A DNA stretch of 64,000 bases from the NCBI RefSeq assembly GCF_006345805.1, contig NC_043018.1:21452001-21516000 (forward strand). Reading direction: 5' to 3'. Origin of the DNA: Octopus sinensis. Lineage: Eukaryota. The stretch's first letter is position 1. Every line of letters begins with the position of its first letter. The notes beneath the pieces are model-generated. The model searched no databases. It had not been told where the DNA came from and worked only from the letters and a program-made list of their open reading frames with translations. Positions 23,098 through 36,160 of this stretch are shown piece by piece. The translations under genes and the position numbers were made by a program.

Positions 23098-23715
23098 GGT
23101 AACTACGGAAGGTCACATCAACTTAAAATTAGATCTATCACTCGTTTCAGGCATTTGACTGCGACCATGCTGGGGCACTGACCCGAAGGGTTTTAGTCAA
23201 ACAAATCGACCCCAATACTCATTTTTTAAGCTTGGCACTTATTCTGCTGGTGTGGTTTGCCGAACCGCTAAGATACGGGGACCTAAACAAACAAACACCG
23301 GTTGTCAAGCATGGTAGTGGGGGAAAACAAACACAAACATAAACACGACGGTCTTATTTCACTTTCCGGGTTTCCGTCTACCAGATCCGCTCACAAAGCT
23401 GGTACTACTAGCGAATACTGGTCCCGGTACGCGCAGTCGCGCATCCGCGCTAGCTAGTCGTAAGTAGTCGATCCTACAACGACTAGAGCATATGCAAATG
23501 AGTTAATTGGCGCATGCGCGATACATACTTGTATGTAGTTTTTTTAACTAAAACAATTATTTTTTAAAACAATGTATATGATTTTTTTTACACAAATTAA
23601 ATATTTTTTGAACAAAGTGAATCATTTTTTAAACTTATTTAATTTTTTTTATAAACAAACTAAGATTTTTTTTTTTGAAAAATGTATATAATTTTTTTAC
23701 ACAAATTAAACAAAT

Positions 23716-24118
23716 GCGCAGGAGTGGCTGTGTGGTAAGAACCACATGGTTCTGGGTTCAGTCCCACTGCGTGGCATCTTGGGCAAGTGTCTTCTGCTAT
23801 AGCCTGCCTCGGGTCGACCAATGCCTTGTGAGTGGATTTGGTAGACTGTCGTATATATGTATATATATATGTATGTACGTGTATGTATATGTTTGTGTGT
23901 CTGTGTTTGTCCCTCTAGCATTGCTTGACAACCGATGCTGGTGTGTTTACGTCCCTGTCACTTAGCGGTTCGGCAAAAGAGACCGATAAAATAGTACTGG
24001 GCTTAAAATAAGTACTGGGATAAAATAAGTCCTGGGGTCGATTTGCTCGACTAAAGGCGGTGCTCCAGCATGGCCGCAGTCAAATGACTGAAACAAGTAA
24101 AAGAGTAAAGAGTAAAGT
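23716..24118 (+). mobile_element. SINE family C
   Basis: Head, CORE-like segment and tail match the family. Confidence 0.85.
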
Positions 24119-24264
24119 AAATAAAAAGCAAATAGCCAATAAAAAAAAATGGAATATCTCACAGTTCTTGCAATTCATTCGAAAATGTCACCAAACAATA
24201 AAATAAAATGTTGAAGTTCATTTGAGTTCCTCGAATGTGAACCGTTCTGAACACACACGCACGC

Positions 24265-25470
24265 ACACACAGACATATACATACATTCACATGCATGCAT
24301 TTATATATATATATACACATGCATACATACACACATACATACATATATGCATGCATGAATACATACATACACACATACATACATACATACATACATACAT
24401 ACATACACACATACACACATACATACATACATACATACATACATACACACACACATACATACACACATACATACATACATACACACACATACATACACAC
24501 ATACATACATACATACACACACACATACATACACACATACATACATACATACATACACACATACATACACACATACATACACACATACATACATACATAC
24601 ATACACACATACACACATACATACATACATACATACATACATACATACACACATACATACACACATACATACATACATACACACCACATACATACACACA
24701 TACATACATAATACATACACACATACCACATACACACACATACATACATACATACATACACACATACATACACACATACATACATACATACATACACACA
24801 TACACACATACATACATACATACATACATACACACACACATACATACACACATACATACATACATACATACACACATACACACATACATACATACATACA
24901 TACATACACACATACACACATACATACATACATACATACATACATACATACACACATACACACATACATACATACATACATACATACATACACACACACA
25001 TACATACACACATACACACATACATACATACATACATACATACATACACACATACATACATACACACATACATACACACATACATACATACATACATACA
25101 TACATACACACATACTACATACATACACACATACACACACATACATACTACACACATACATACAATACATACATACATACACACATACACACATACATAC
25201 ATACATACATACATACATACACACATACATACACACATACACACATACATACATACATACATACATACACACATACACACATACATACATACACACATAC
25301 ATACATACACACACACATACATACACACATACATACATACATACATACACACATACATACACACATACATACACACATACATACATACATACACACACAT
25401 ACATATACATACAAACATATACACACACACATACATACATGCATAAATACATACATACATGCATATACTA
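24265..25470. repeat. Giant compound (CATA)n/(CACATA)n microsatellite, about 1.2 kb
   Basis: Direct inspection; source of the spurious MYVC/HTYI ORFs. Confidence 0.97.
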
Positions 25471-25862
25471 CACTCGCGGAGTGGTTGGCGTTTGGAAGGG
25501 CATCCAGCCGTAGAAACTCTGCCAGATCAGACTGGAGCCTGGAGCAACCCTGGCTTCCCAGACCCCGGTCGAACCGTCCAACCCGTGCTAGGGCGGAAAA
25601 CGGACGTTAAACGATGATGATGATGATGATGCATATATACATACACACATACATAGATACATAAATATATATCTCGCACGTGCGATACAAGTATGTATTG
25701 CGCACGTGCGATACAAGTATGTATCGCGCATGCGCCAATCAACTCATTTGCATACGCGCAATTCGTTGTAGGATCGACTACTTATGACTAGCTAGCGTGG
25801 ACGTGCGACTGCGCTTGTGCACGCACCGGGACCAGAATTCACTAGTAGTACCCACAAAGGTA

Positions 25863-27100
25863 GGACAATTGGCTCAAATGTGGCCGTTTTTGCCACACTC
25901 GAAGCATCGAGGTCTCCTACACTAGACTATTATAGGAAGTCTTGTCTTTTCCCCAAGGATAATGTTTTCCACGATCTCCTCAAGGGTTTGTGGTACCGCT
26001 TCAATAATAATTTCTAGAACTTGTCCCTTCCAATTCTGCTGTTGTATTTTTGATGCTTCAAAAATGGTTATTTTATCTTCTAAGCCCATTGTAAGGGCCG
26101 CATCGATTTCAGGTGGAATATCTTCTATGGTAATTCTTTTCTACACTCTAGGCACAAGGCCCGAAATTTTTCGGGAAAGGGGCCAGTCGATTAGATCAAC
26201 TCCAGTACACAACTGGTACTTAATTTATCGACCCCGAAAGGATGAAAGTTGAAGTCGACCTCGGCAGAATTTGAACTCAGAACATAAAGGCAGACGAAAT
26301 ACCTATTTCTTTACTACCCACAAGGGGCTAAACACAGAGGGGACAAACAAGGACAGACAAACGGATTAAGTCGATTATATCGACCCCAGTGCATATCTGG
26401 TACTTATTTAATCGACCCTAAAAGGATGAAAGGCAAAGTCCACCTCGGCGGAATTTGAACTCAGAACGTAGCAGTAAACAAAATACTGCAAAGCATTTTG
26501 CCCGGCGTGCTAACGTTTCTGCCAGATCGCCGCCTTCTATGGTGACTCATGAAGTGCGTCTGCCTAGGTATGTAGGCAGCAGCACTATATCTGTGGTTTT
26601 GAGCAGTTTCGCTGAGTGTACCTTTGCCTTTTCTTCACTCTTGAAGTACACAATAATTGTTGCAAATATTCTTCTTCTTCTTGTGATGAATTCAATGTCT
26701 TGCCAAATAGGCTGTGGACACTTTTCTACTTGCTCCTTCGACGCCTTGTCAAGCTTAATATGAGACTTTTAAAAACAATAGTTTTCCTGGCTATATTGCT
26801 TATCAATTTACCAAGGAGAGTGTCTTTTATATGGTTCGCCTAGCTTTCAAACAGTTTTTGGTGTTGTATCAACGTTGCTGGTTCAATATTTAATTTTTCC
26901 TTCTGAATTCCAGCTGCTCCTGTGAATTTAATTTTATGTTTGTTCACTGGGTTGTTCTACAGTAGGCGGCACATTCACATCAGACTTTGGTTCAGGAACG
27001 GACATTATTCTCCTCAACCGAGAACATTTTCACAGTTTTCGTAATATTTTTCTCCAAGGGCATTTTCGCAGGTTTCTCTTCTACAGAAGAGCAATACATC
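25863..27100 (-). pseudogene. Decayed non-LTR retrotransposon ORF1 (RRM-like region plus CCHC zinc knuckle)
   Basis: Minus strand ...IFATIIVYFKSEEKAK...VTIEDIPPEID...RRPRCFECGKNGHI*ANCP with stops; frame continues across a SINE B insert. Confidence 0.65.
26132..26533 (-). mobile_element. SINE family B dimer
   Basis: TSD cttctatggt at 26122-26131 and 26534-26543. Confidence 0.85.
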
Positions 27101-27895
27101 ATTTTGGGATAAATTTGACGCAAATAAAATAAAAAATTATCCCCTCCTCACAGAGGGGAATAACGTTCACAAAGTCTACCAAACACAGATAACAAAATGT
27201 TTTATAATAACACACAACAAAATATAAGTACTATTTAAGAAGAGTGGTCCCGGTGCGCATACTCACACATCCGCACTAGGTAGTCAAGACTAGTCGATCC
27301 TACAATGACTACCTAGCAAAGTAAATAAAACACAAAATAAATAATGTTTGGAAATTTTCGCATGGACCGGCAGATTTTTTAAATAATTTCTTTGTAACTA
27401 AACACTTTTAAACTTCGTATACTGGTAGTATGTGTTTATAAAACATCTTTTTCTCTTGGCTTTCTTGAGAAAATTCTGTAGTTTGTAAGCTATTTCTTGT
27501 TTATTTTCTTACATTTCGGCAATTTCAACCAATCAATGACGTCTATTGAGGTGAATTCAATATCTCCGGAGTGTTGTCAACGACAAATATAGCTATGTAT
27601 TTCCTCCACAACAACCTTCTCTACTCAAAACCCTTCCCTCGTAGTATTACCCCTACCTACCTTATAGCAGCAACATTTCCCCTCCTTGGGTTTTTGGCTT
27701 GAGAGCAACACTGTACCCTCAGTAGTGCCAGTGACATGAGTAAAGCACACAGCACAGTGTGTAAAGTGGTTAGCATTAGGAAATGCATCCAGCTGCAGAA
27801 ACCATGTCAAAGCAGACACTGTGGAACAATACAGTCCTCAATGCATTGGGTCTTCCTCGAACTGTCCATCCTATGCCAGCATGGAACATAGACAT

Positions 27896-28479
27896 TAACC
27901 CTTTAGTGTTCGCATTATTCTACCAAAATTAATGCTTTCCCATCCACTTTGTTTTGAACTAATCATGCATTATCTTGTAGCTTTGAGATTTTGATGAGGT
28001 AGCTGTTAATTTTTAAAACGATAGTGTAGGGTTGGTGTGAGACACCAGATCTGGCTAGTTTGAACATAAAACAGGCAGAATACTTTTGGCCGGATATGGC
28101 CAGTTTAAATGCTAAAGAGTTAAATGATGATGATGATAATGATACAATGCATGTAATATATATCGATAGCAATATACTGAAAGGTAAAGGGACAAACAAG
28201 AGTTATCTGCTAGAAATACATCATATAAAACACACATTTATATGATGGCCTTGACCCCTTCGTTACCAACCCGGCTGAAACCGGCTCTGGCTCTTTAGTT
28301 TAAATGTCTTGTTTACATAAGTTTTGAATTCAAATCTTCCACTAAACCGTAGTCACAATTTATGTTCCTAACACTAGCTTAATGATAACGAAGATATTTT
28401 ACTAAATTCTTTGTTATATTTAAAATAATTGGGAGAAACACAGAACATCTCAAAATAAATACAGTAATGAAAGGGTTAA
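27896..28479. mobile_element. Two piggyBac-like MITEs
   Basis: TTAACCCTTT...AAAG(A/G)GTTAA ends; two subfamilies; further copies at about 41860-42331, 46122-46320, 56270-56640 and 57970-58510. Confidence 0.7.
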
Positions 28480-28600
28480 GAAACAAACATTTTACACACC
28501 ACAAGATCAGAATGTGCAACTTTGTAAATACAAATATTGGTACACAGGGTGTTCAGGTTACATTTCAAGATATTTTTTATGTCTCCTTCCTTCAGGAATA

Positions 28601-29045
28601 ACCCGCATGGTTCATGGTCTCAAGAATTTGTCTTATGAAGAAAGGCTGAAGACGCTCGACCTTTATTCTCTAGAAAAACGCCGCCGCCGTGGTGATCTCA
28701 TTCTCGCTCACAACATCATAAGCGGAAAGTGTAACCTCTCGAAAGAGCTGTTCTTCACTCTTGCTCCAGAGCGTCGGCTGCGGGGTCATTACGAAAAGCT
28801 CTACCTGCGCCAATTTCATCTCAATTGAAGGAGAGGAGCTTTCTCCGTCCGGGTTGCGGATCCGTGGAACAAGCTGCCAGACGAGATGGTGAAGATGCCG
28901 ACGACCACTTTGTTCAAAGTCTCCCTTGACCTCAAGTGGCCTGAACTCTTTACATGAACACCACCCTGTACTTAACTCCATGTCCCCCTACATGGCCTTG
29001 CTTTTTGCTTTTGAGCCAAAAAATTAACTAACTAACTAACTAACT
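28601..29045 (+). mobile_element. CR1 family a 3' fragment
   Basis: TRMVHGLKNLSYEERLKTLDLYSLEKRRRRGDLI; (TAAC)n tail. Confidence 0.88.
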
Positions 29046-29359
29046 TTGTGATGTTGAACAGTCAGTGATGTTGGAGAGTTGAATAAAATTTATCTGACAT
29101 GAAAGACTAGAAGCCATCTGAATATTGAACCCTCTCATAGGTTCACATTACAAAGGCTCTCTCTCATATTCATACTCCCTATTGAGTAACCTTCCATGCC
29201 CCTTTATTTTGCATCATGGAATGGAAACATGACATTACCCTTCTACACACGCATTTTTTCTGCTTCACTATCCTGTAAAAGAGTACTTCATAGTTTTGGT
29301 TGTGAAGCTGTAGAATATTGGCATAGCTTTCTTTTTATTTTTTGTTTTTCCCTTTGCTA

Positions 29360-29707
29360 AATCGACCTGTCTCCTACCTTTGGACAAGTGTACCACCATA
29401 CATTTTGGGAGAAAAAACCCTGCGTCCACATACTCCCTCCACAACACTGAACACCTTTTTGATCTCCATGTGTCTAACACACGTGGACATGCCTACAAAG
29501 TCAGAAAACAACACAGCTCCCATGACTTTCGGAAACATTTCTTCACGCTCAGAGTTGCTGATGCATGGAATAAACTGCCTGCGTCAGTTGTTGACTGCCA
29601 TGACACTGCATCCTTTAAGGCCCTCATGCTTTCCGAAATCCGCCGAAACTACACCTGATTATATATACACTTTAGATGAGTTGTAGTGCACCTGAGCACT
29701 GTACACA

Positions 29708-29753
<46 letters not shown>
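29360..29753 (+). mobile_element. CR1 family b 3' fragment with (TTA)n tail
   Basis: DKCTTIHFGRKN...NTRGHAYKVRKQHS..DFRKHFFTLRVADAWNKLP. Confidence 0.82.
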
Positions 29754-29756
<3 letters not shown>

Positions 29757-30083
29757 TTTCTTCAAGCTACAAGCTGTCCCCATTCTTTCAAATCCTTCAA
29801 GATGTCTCTGCTTTTATAGTTCTGTATACTTCTCTGTTCAACCATCACATCACCCTTCACTTGACTGGCATTTTGTACCAGGCACAGATTTATTCTGCGG
29901 CTCGAAACGAGCTGCCTTATATCAACTTCCAGTTGTCCTCTCGCTCCGACTTCTCATCAAAGGCTTTAATTAGTTAGTCACACCTCCACCTGTTTCAAGG
30001 ATCTCTAGGTTTCAAAGAAAGCTGTCAGACCTTCAAGCTCTGCCTCTCAAATCACTAAGTGTGAACCTATATTTTTAAGTCCA

Positions 30084-30315
30084 AGGCGGCGAGCTGGCAG
30101 AAACGTTAGCACGCCGGACGAAATGCTTAGCGGTATTTCGTCTGCCGCTACGTTCTGAGTTCAAATTCCGCCGAGGTCGACTTTGCCTTTCATCCTTTCG
30201 GGGTCGGTAAATAAAGTACCAGTTTCGCACTGGGGTCGATGTAATCGACTTAATCTGTTTGTCTGTCCTTGTTTGTCCCCTCTATGTTTAGCCCCTTGTG
30301 GGCAATAAAGAAATA
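30084..30315 (+). mobile_element. SINE family B monomer
   Basis: 16-bp TSD tatatttttaagtcca at 30068-30083 and 30316-30331. Confidence 0.92.
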
Positions 30316-30568
30316 TATATTTTTAAGTCCATTCTTTACCAGAAAATGACTCTGCATTCCCAACTATCTTGGGGCTGAGAATAAGAATCTCCTCCAAAAT
30401 GTTTTTTCTCAATTTTATGAAAATAATCTTAATCTGGACCTTCGAAAACTTATCTCTGAAAACTTCAATTTGAAGAAACAATTATCCAGAACTTCCCTCT
30501 TCAACCATCACGTCATCATTTATCTGGTAGTCATTTTCACCAGGTACAAATTTGTTCTGCAGCTCTAC

Positions 30569-30965
30569 ATAATATAATATAATGATATAATATAATGAAA
30601 TTATTGTATACAGTGCTCAGGTGCACCACAACTTGTCAGAAAGTGCGTATAAAGTACATGCAGTAATGTAGAAATGTCTGGAAAGCGAACAATGTATGAG
30701 TCAGATACATGCTTGTGTGTGTATGGAGGGGAGAAAATCAGGTGTAGTGTTGGCGAATCTCAGGAAGCATGGAAGTTTTGAAGGATGCAGTGCTCCGACA
30801 ACTAACAACTGATGCCGGCAGTTTGTTCCATGCTTCAGCAACTCTCAGCGTGAAAAAATGTTTCCTGAAGTCATGGGAGCTGTGCTGTTTTCTTACTTTG
30901 TAATTATGTCCACGGGTGTTAGACGGGTGGAGTTTGAAAAGGTGCTCAGAGTTATTGTTTGTACA
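30569..30965 (-). mobile_element. CR1 family b 3' fragment, inverted
   Basis: Reverse-complement match to 29480-29710. Confidence 0.8.
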
Positions 30966-31139
30966 TGAGCCGCCTCATATGAACTTCCAATTGTCCTCTA
31001 TCTCTTCTTTTCATCAAAGGCTTTTATTGAAGCATTTAATTAAGTACATCACGTCTCCAACTATTTTAACGATACCTAAGTTTCTAGGAAATCTCTCAGA
31101 CCTTCAATCTCCAAGTCTCAAATCACTAACTTCCAACCT

Positions 31140-31356
31140 TTCTTCTTTCTTTCTTTTCTTTTACTTGTTTCAGTCATTTGACTGTGGCCATGCTGGAGCA
31201 CCGCCTTTAGTCGAGCAAATAGACCCCGGGACTTATTCTTTGTAAGCCCAGTACTTATTCTATCGGTCTCTTTTGCCGAACCGCTAAGTGACGGGGACGT
31301 AAACACACCAGCATCGGTTGTCAAGCAATGCTAGGGGGACAAACACAGACACACAA

Positions 31357-31389
<33 letters not shown>

Positions 31390-31561
31390 CATATATACGA
31401 CAGGATTCTTTCAGTTTCTGTCTACCAAATCCACTCACAAGGCATTGGTCGGCCCGGGACTATAGCAGAAGACACTTGCCCAAGATGCCCCGCAGTGGGA
31501 TTGAACCCGGAACCATGTGGTTGGTAAGCAAGCTACTTACCACACAGCCACTCCTGCGCCT
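31140..31561 (-). mobile_element. SINE family C, full length
   Basis: Family match; ends cctgcgcc at about 31560. Confidence 0.88.
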
Positions 31562-32309
31562 ATGTTGTTAAGTCCATTCTTTACCTGGGAAGAACTGTGC
31601 ATTCACAAATAGCTGTCTATCCCATTTCGTAGTTAGAATGTAGCCAATCTGGCTTGTGGGTCACCAGATTCATAGTTTATCAAATAGCTGGTAGGTTTCC
31701 CGGAGTTCTGAAGTGAGGGTTGACAAAAACAGGGTGGCATTGAGAATAAGAATGTCATCCAAAATGTTTATTCTCAATTTTATGAAAATAATCTTAACCT
31801 GAACCTATGAAAACTTATCTCTGAAAAGTTTAATTTGAAGAAACAATTATTCAGAAATGAGGAATCAGTCTGGTGTGGGGCGCTAAACTATACATATGCC
31901 TTGTGTTTTTCCTTTGTGATCTCTTCTATTTTATATTTGGGGTCATTGTTTGTGTAAATATTTGACAAATTTAGAATATTTCTGAGTATAAAGAATTAAT
32001 AACTTATATTATTGTATAACATTTAATGTGTGAAGCATTTAAAAGACATTAAGCAATACAGAGAGTGTAATTACAGGATGTGATATTCAAGAAAGAATGT
32101 GTAGGGTTATCAGGAGGAGGAGATTCGGTATACAGCTCCTTACATCATGGAAAACAAACTGCATGAGTGGTCAAGAAAGGAGTGGAAGGTGAATATTGCA
32201 AAAATAGAAGAAAAAAGTCTAGAATTTTTGGAAATATTGAAGTCACAATTTCCATTGCATAAAACAGGAATATTAAATAACTGGCAAACAAGAAACTACC
32301 CTTTTCCTT

Positions 32310-33260
<951 letters not shown>

Positions 33261-33429
33261 TTACTTTTTCAAGAGAGGGACAGTCATAAGATCTCATCTC
33301 TTTTATCAGATGTGGGGAAATAAATTCTATAATTTTCTCACTCTTTTTTTTTTACTACTTTTCTTCTCAAATTAGTACATTTTTCTTGCTTTTGTTCTTA
33401 TATGTCATTCCTTCTACTGCTGTATTTCT

Positions 33430-33935
33430 GTCCAGTGTTAACCTTTGTTTAGCAACACTCCCGCAAATTTATGCAACTTTAATCAGCACACAAACTTCTC
33501 TACGAGAAGTTATGCGTCGATCTTCCAAAATGGCAGCCTCAACTTGACAGACAGATGCCTCATCAATGGCAGAAGGGGTGCGACCAGATCTGGGAGCTGT
33601 TTCCACAGAGTTCCGACCATGTTTGAATTCACAATGCCAGCGTTTTACAAGGTCATATGGTGGGGCATCATCACCATAAGTTACTTTCATTTCATCAAAA
33701 GTCTCCCGTGGTGTGCATCATTTCAAATACAAAAACCGGATCACTGCTCGACACTCAACATGCTCCATTTCCCACTTGACTCATTTCAAACACCTGTAAA
33801 TCAGAAACCACAATTAGTTCGGAGCTGTAATTTGCCACCTAATCTATAGAGATATCAATAATTGCACATGCAAAATTTCAGCTAGATCAAACAAAGGCAA
33901 GTGGGTCAGAGACATTACTTATTGAACGCCCCTCG
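33430..33935 (-). mobile_element. Mariner 5' fragment (TIR plus HTH part of transposase)
   Basis: TA|CGAGGGGCGTTCAATAAG TIR; YGDDAPPYDLVKRWHCEFKHGRNSVETAPRSGR...ILEDRRIT. Confidence 0.85.
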
Positions 33936-34341
33936 TACTTGACACTCCAGCTAGTAATGTTCAGAAATTTTGCTAATAATATTATTTCAGAGCAAAAATT
34001 TCACAAGAATTCTTCCACGGATTGTAGAAACAATGCTATACATCTGTTTTGTAGAATATTTTCCTTTAGTCTTTAAAACATGGTAGATATTGAGGATGCT
34101 TCATCTGTCATTTGATGTTCTGAAATTATAGAGAAACGACAGTGTAAGATGTTGAGGCTACTTAAAAAATACAGATTCATTTCTATTGAGACAAACTGTA
34201 GAAACAAACATTTATCTTAACAAACTGAGCTGGATGCCAACACTTCCATAAAGAACTGCTGATCTCTCAAAGTAGATGGAAAAAGTGAAAGAAGACAAGG
34301 AAGAAGTGCTGATGAGCTAACTCAAGATGCTGAACCAGGCA

Positions 34342-35133
34342 TCTTGGAGTTTACTGTATCACCTGAAATGTGAATCTTGGAGTTTACTGTATCACCTGAA
34401 ATGTGAATCTTGGAGTTTACTGTATCACGTGAAATGTGAATCTTGGAGTTTACTGTATCACCTGAAATGTGAATCTTGGAGTTTACTGTATCACTTGAGA
34501 TGTGAATCTTGGAGTTTACTGTATCACGTGAAATGTGAATCTTGGAGTTTACTGTATCACCTGAAATGTGAATCTTGGAGTTTACTGTATCACGTGAAAT
34601 GTGAATCTTGGAGTTTACTGTATCACGTGAAATGTGAATCTTGGAGTTTACTGTATCACCTGAAATGTGATTCTTGGAGTTTACTGTATCACCTGAAATG
34701 TGAATCTTGGAGTTTACTGTATCACGTGAAATGTGAATCTTGGAGTTTACTGTATCACCTGAAATGTGAATCTTGGAGTTTACTGTATCCCGTGAAATGT
34801 GAATCTTGGAGTTTACTGTATCACCTGAAATGTGAATCTTGGAGTTTACTGTATCACGTGAAATGTGAATCTTGGAGTTTACTGTATCACCTGAAATGTG
34901 AATCTTGGAGTTTACCGTATCACCTGAAATGTGAATCTCGGAGTTTACTGTATCACCTGAAATGTGAATCTTGGAGATTACTGTATCACCTGAAATGTGA
35001 ATCTTGGAGTTTACTGTTTCACCTGAGATGTGAATCTTGGAGTTTACTGTATCACCTGAAATGTGATTCTTGGAGTTTACTGTATCACCTCAAATGTGAA
35101 TCTTGGAGTTTACTGTATCACCTGAAATGTGAT
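34342..35133. repeat. 33-bp minisatellite, 24 copies
   Basis: Unit tcttggagtttactgtatcacctgaaatgtgaa; open as (SWSLLYHLKCE)24 on + and (HISGDTVNSKI)n on -. Confidence 0.97.
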
Positions 35134-35769
35134 AGGGTAAACATTGAGATGCTTGGCATCCCGTTGTACTTAAGAAGACGCATACTCAACAGTAGAAGTA
35201 TTCTGACTCATCCCTCTGGTGGCCAAAAGCACTTGTGACCCTTCTTCAGAAAAGGGGATGTGCAGTGCTATGTTAAAGCACATAAGGAACCAAAATTGTC
35301 CGAAAAATGCCAACCGAGAATCCTTAAGACTGACGTTAGTTTCGTCAGTCTCTGTTGCAATCATCAGTTAAGCCAGTTCGGTGTTCGGCTATTTCCTGAC
35401 CAGTTTCTTTATTAATGGCTGATTTAGCGATTTGCTAATGTGTATACACAAAATTAATGCAAACAGCAGGTTGCAATGTTTCCCGAAAAAGGAGAATTAA
35501 AATTGTTACTAAATGTGACTTGGGTGTTAAAAAATACCTACCTTGCTAGAAATAATAGCTGCTGTTGACAGCTGATGATGGCAGTGGAAATTACCAAAAC
35601 TGACATCAGCATTTTTCGGACAATTATGGTCCCTGTGAGTGTATGTTTACATTCATGTGTGTTAACTACAGCATTAGTGCATTTTAGGTCTTATTTCTTG
35701 CAATTTAGGAGTTTTTTTAATACTCTAGTCAAATTTAGTGGTGTGTGTGTATATATATATATATATATA

Positions 35770-36160
35770 TTTTTTACTTTTTTATTTGTTTCAGTCATTT
35801 GACTGTGGCCATGCTGGAGCACCGCCTTTAGTCGAGCAAATCGACCCCAGGACTTATTCTTTGTAAGCCCAGTACTTATTCTATCGGTCTCTTTTGCCGA
35901 ACCGATAAGTGACGGGGACGTAAACACACCAGCATCGGTTGTCAAGCAATGCTAGGGGGGCAAACACAGACACAGAAACATACACGCACACACACATATA
36001 TACGACAGGCTTCTTTCAGTTTCCGTCTACCAAATCCATTCACAAGGCATTGGTCGGCCCGGGGGTATAGCAGAAGACACTTGCCCAAGATGCCATGCAG
36101 TGGGACTGAACACAGAACCATGTGGTTGGTTAGCAAGCTACTTACCACACAGCCACTCCA
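35770..36160 (-). mobile_element. SINE family C
   Basis: Family match; a partial opposite-strand copy follows at 36160-36350. Confidence 0.85.

Larger units (their letters stand above)
23401..25852. mobile_element. MULE-like non-autonomous element with approximately 135-bp TIRs
   Basis: GGTACTACTAG...CTAGTAGTACC; 9-bp flanks cacaaagct / cacaaaggt; interior is a SINE C, a giant microsatellite and an RTE 3' end. Confidence 0.6.
29830..31860 (+). repeat. Old tandem duplication of an approximately 0.5-kb unit, interrupted by retroelements
   Basis: Blocks 29835/30490, 29910/30966 and 30326/31574 align; partly open frame. Confidence 0.7.

Noticed and set aside
24159-25610. Long ORFs of 274-462 aa (MYVC/HTYI repeats)
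   Set aside because: Translations of a (CATA)n/(CA)n microsatellite; same for the 37166-38007, 45301-45753 and 49021-49542 ORFs
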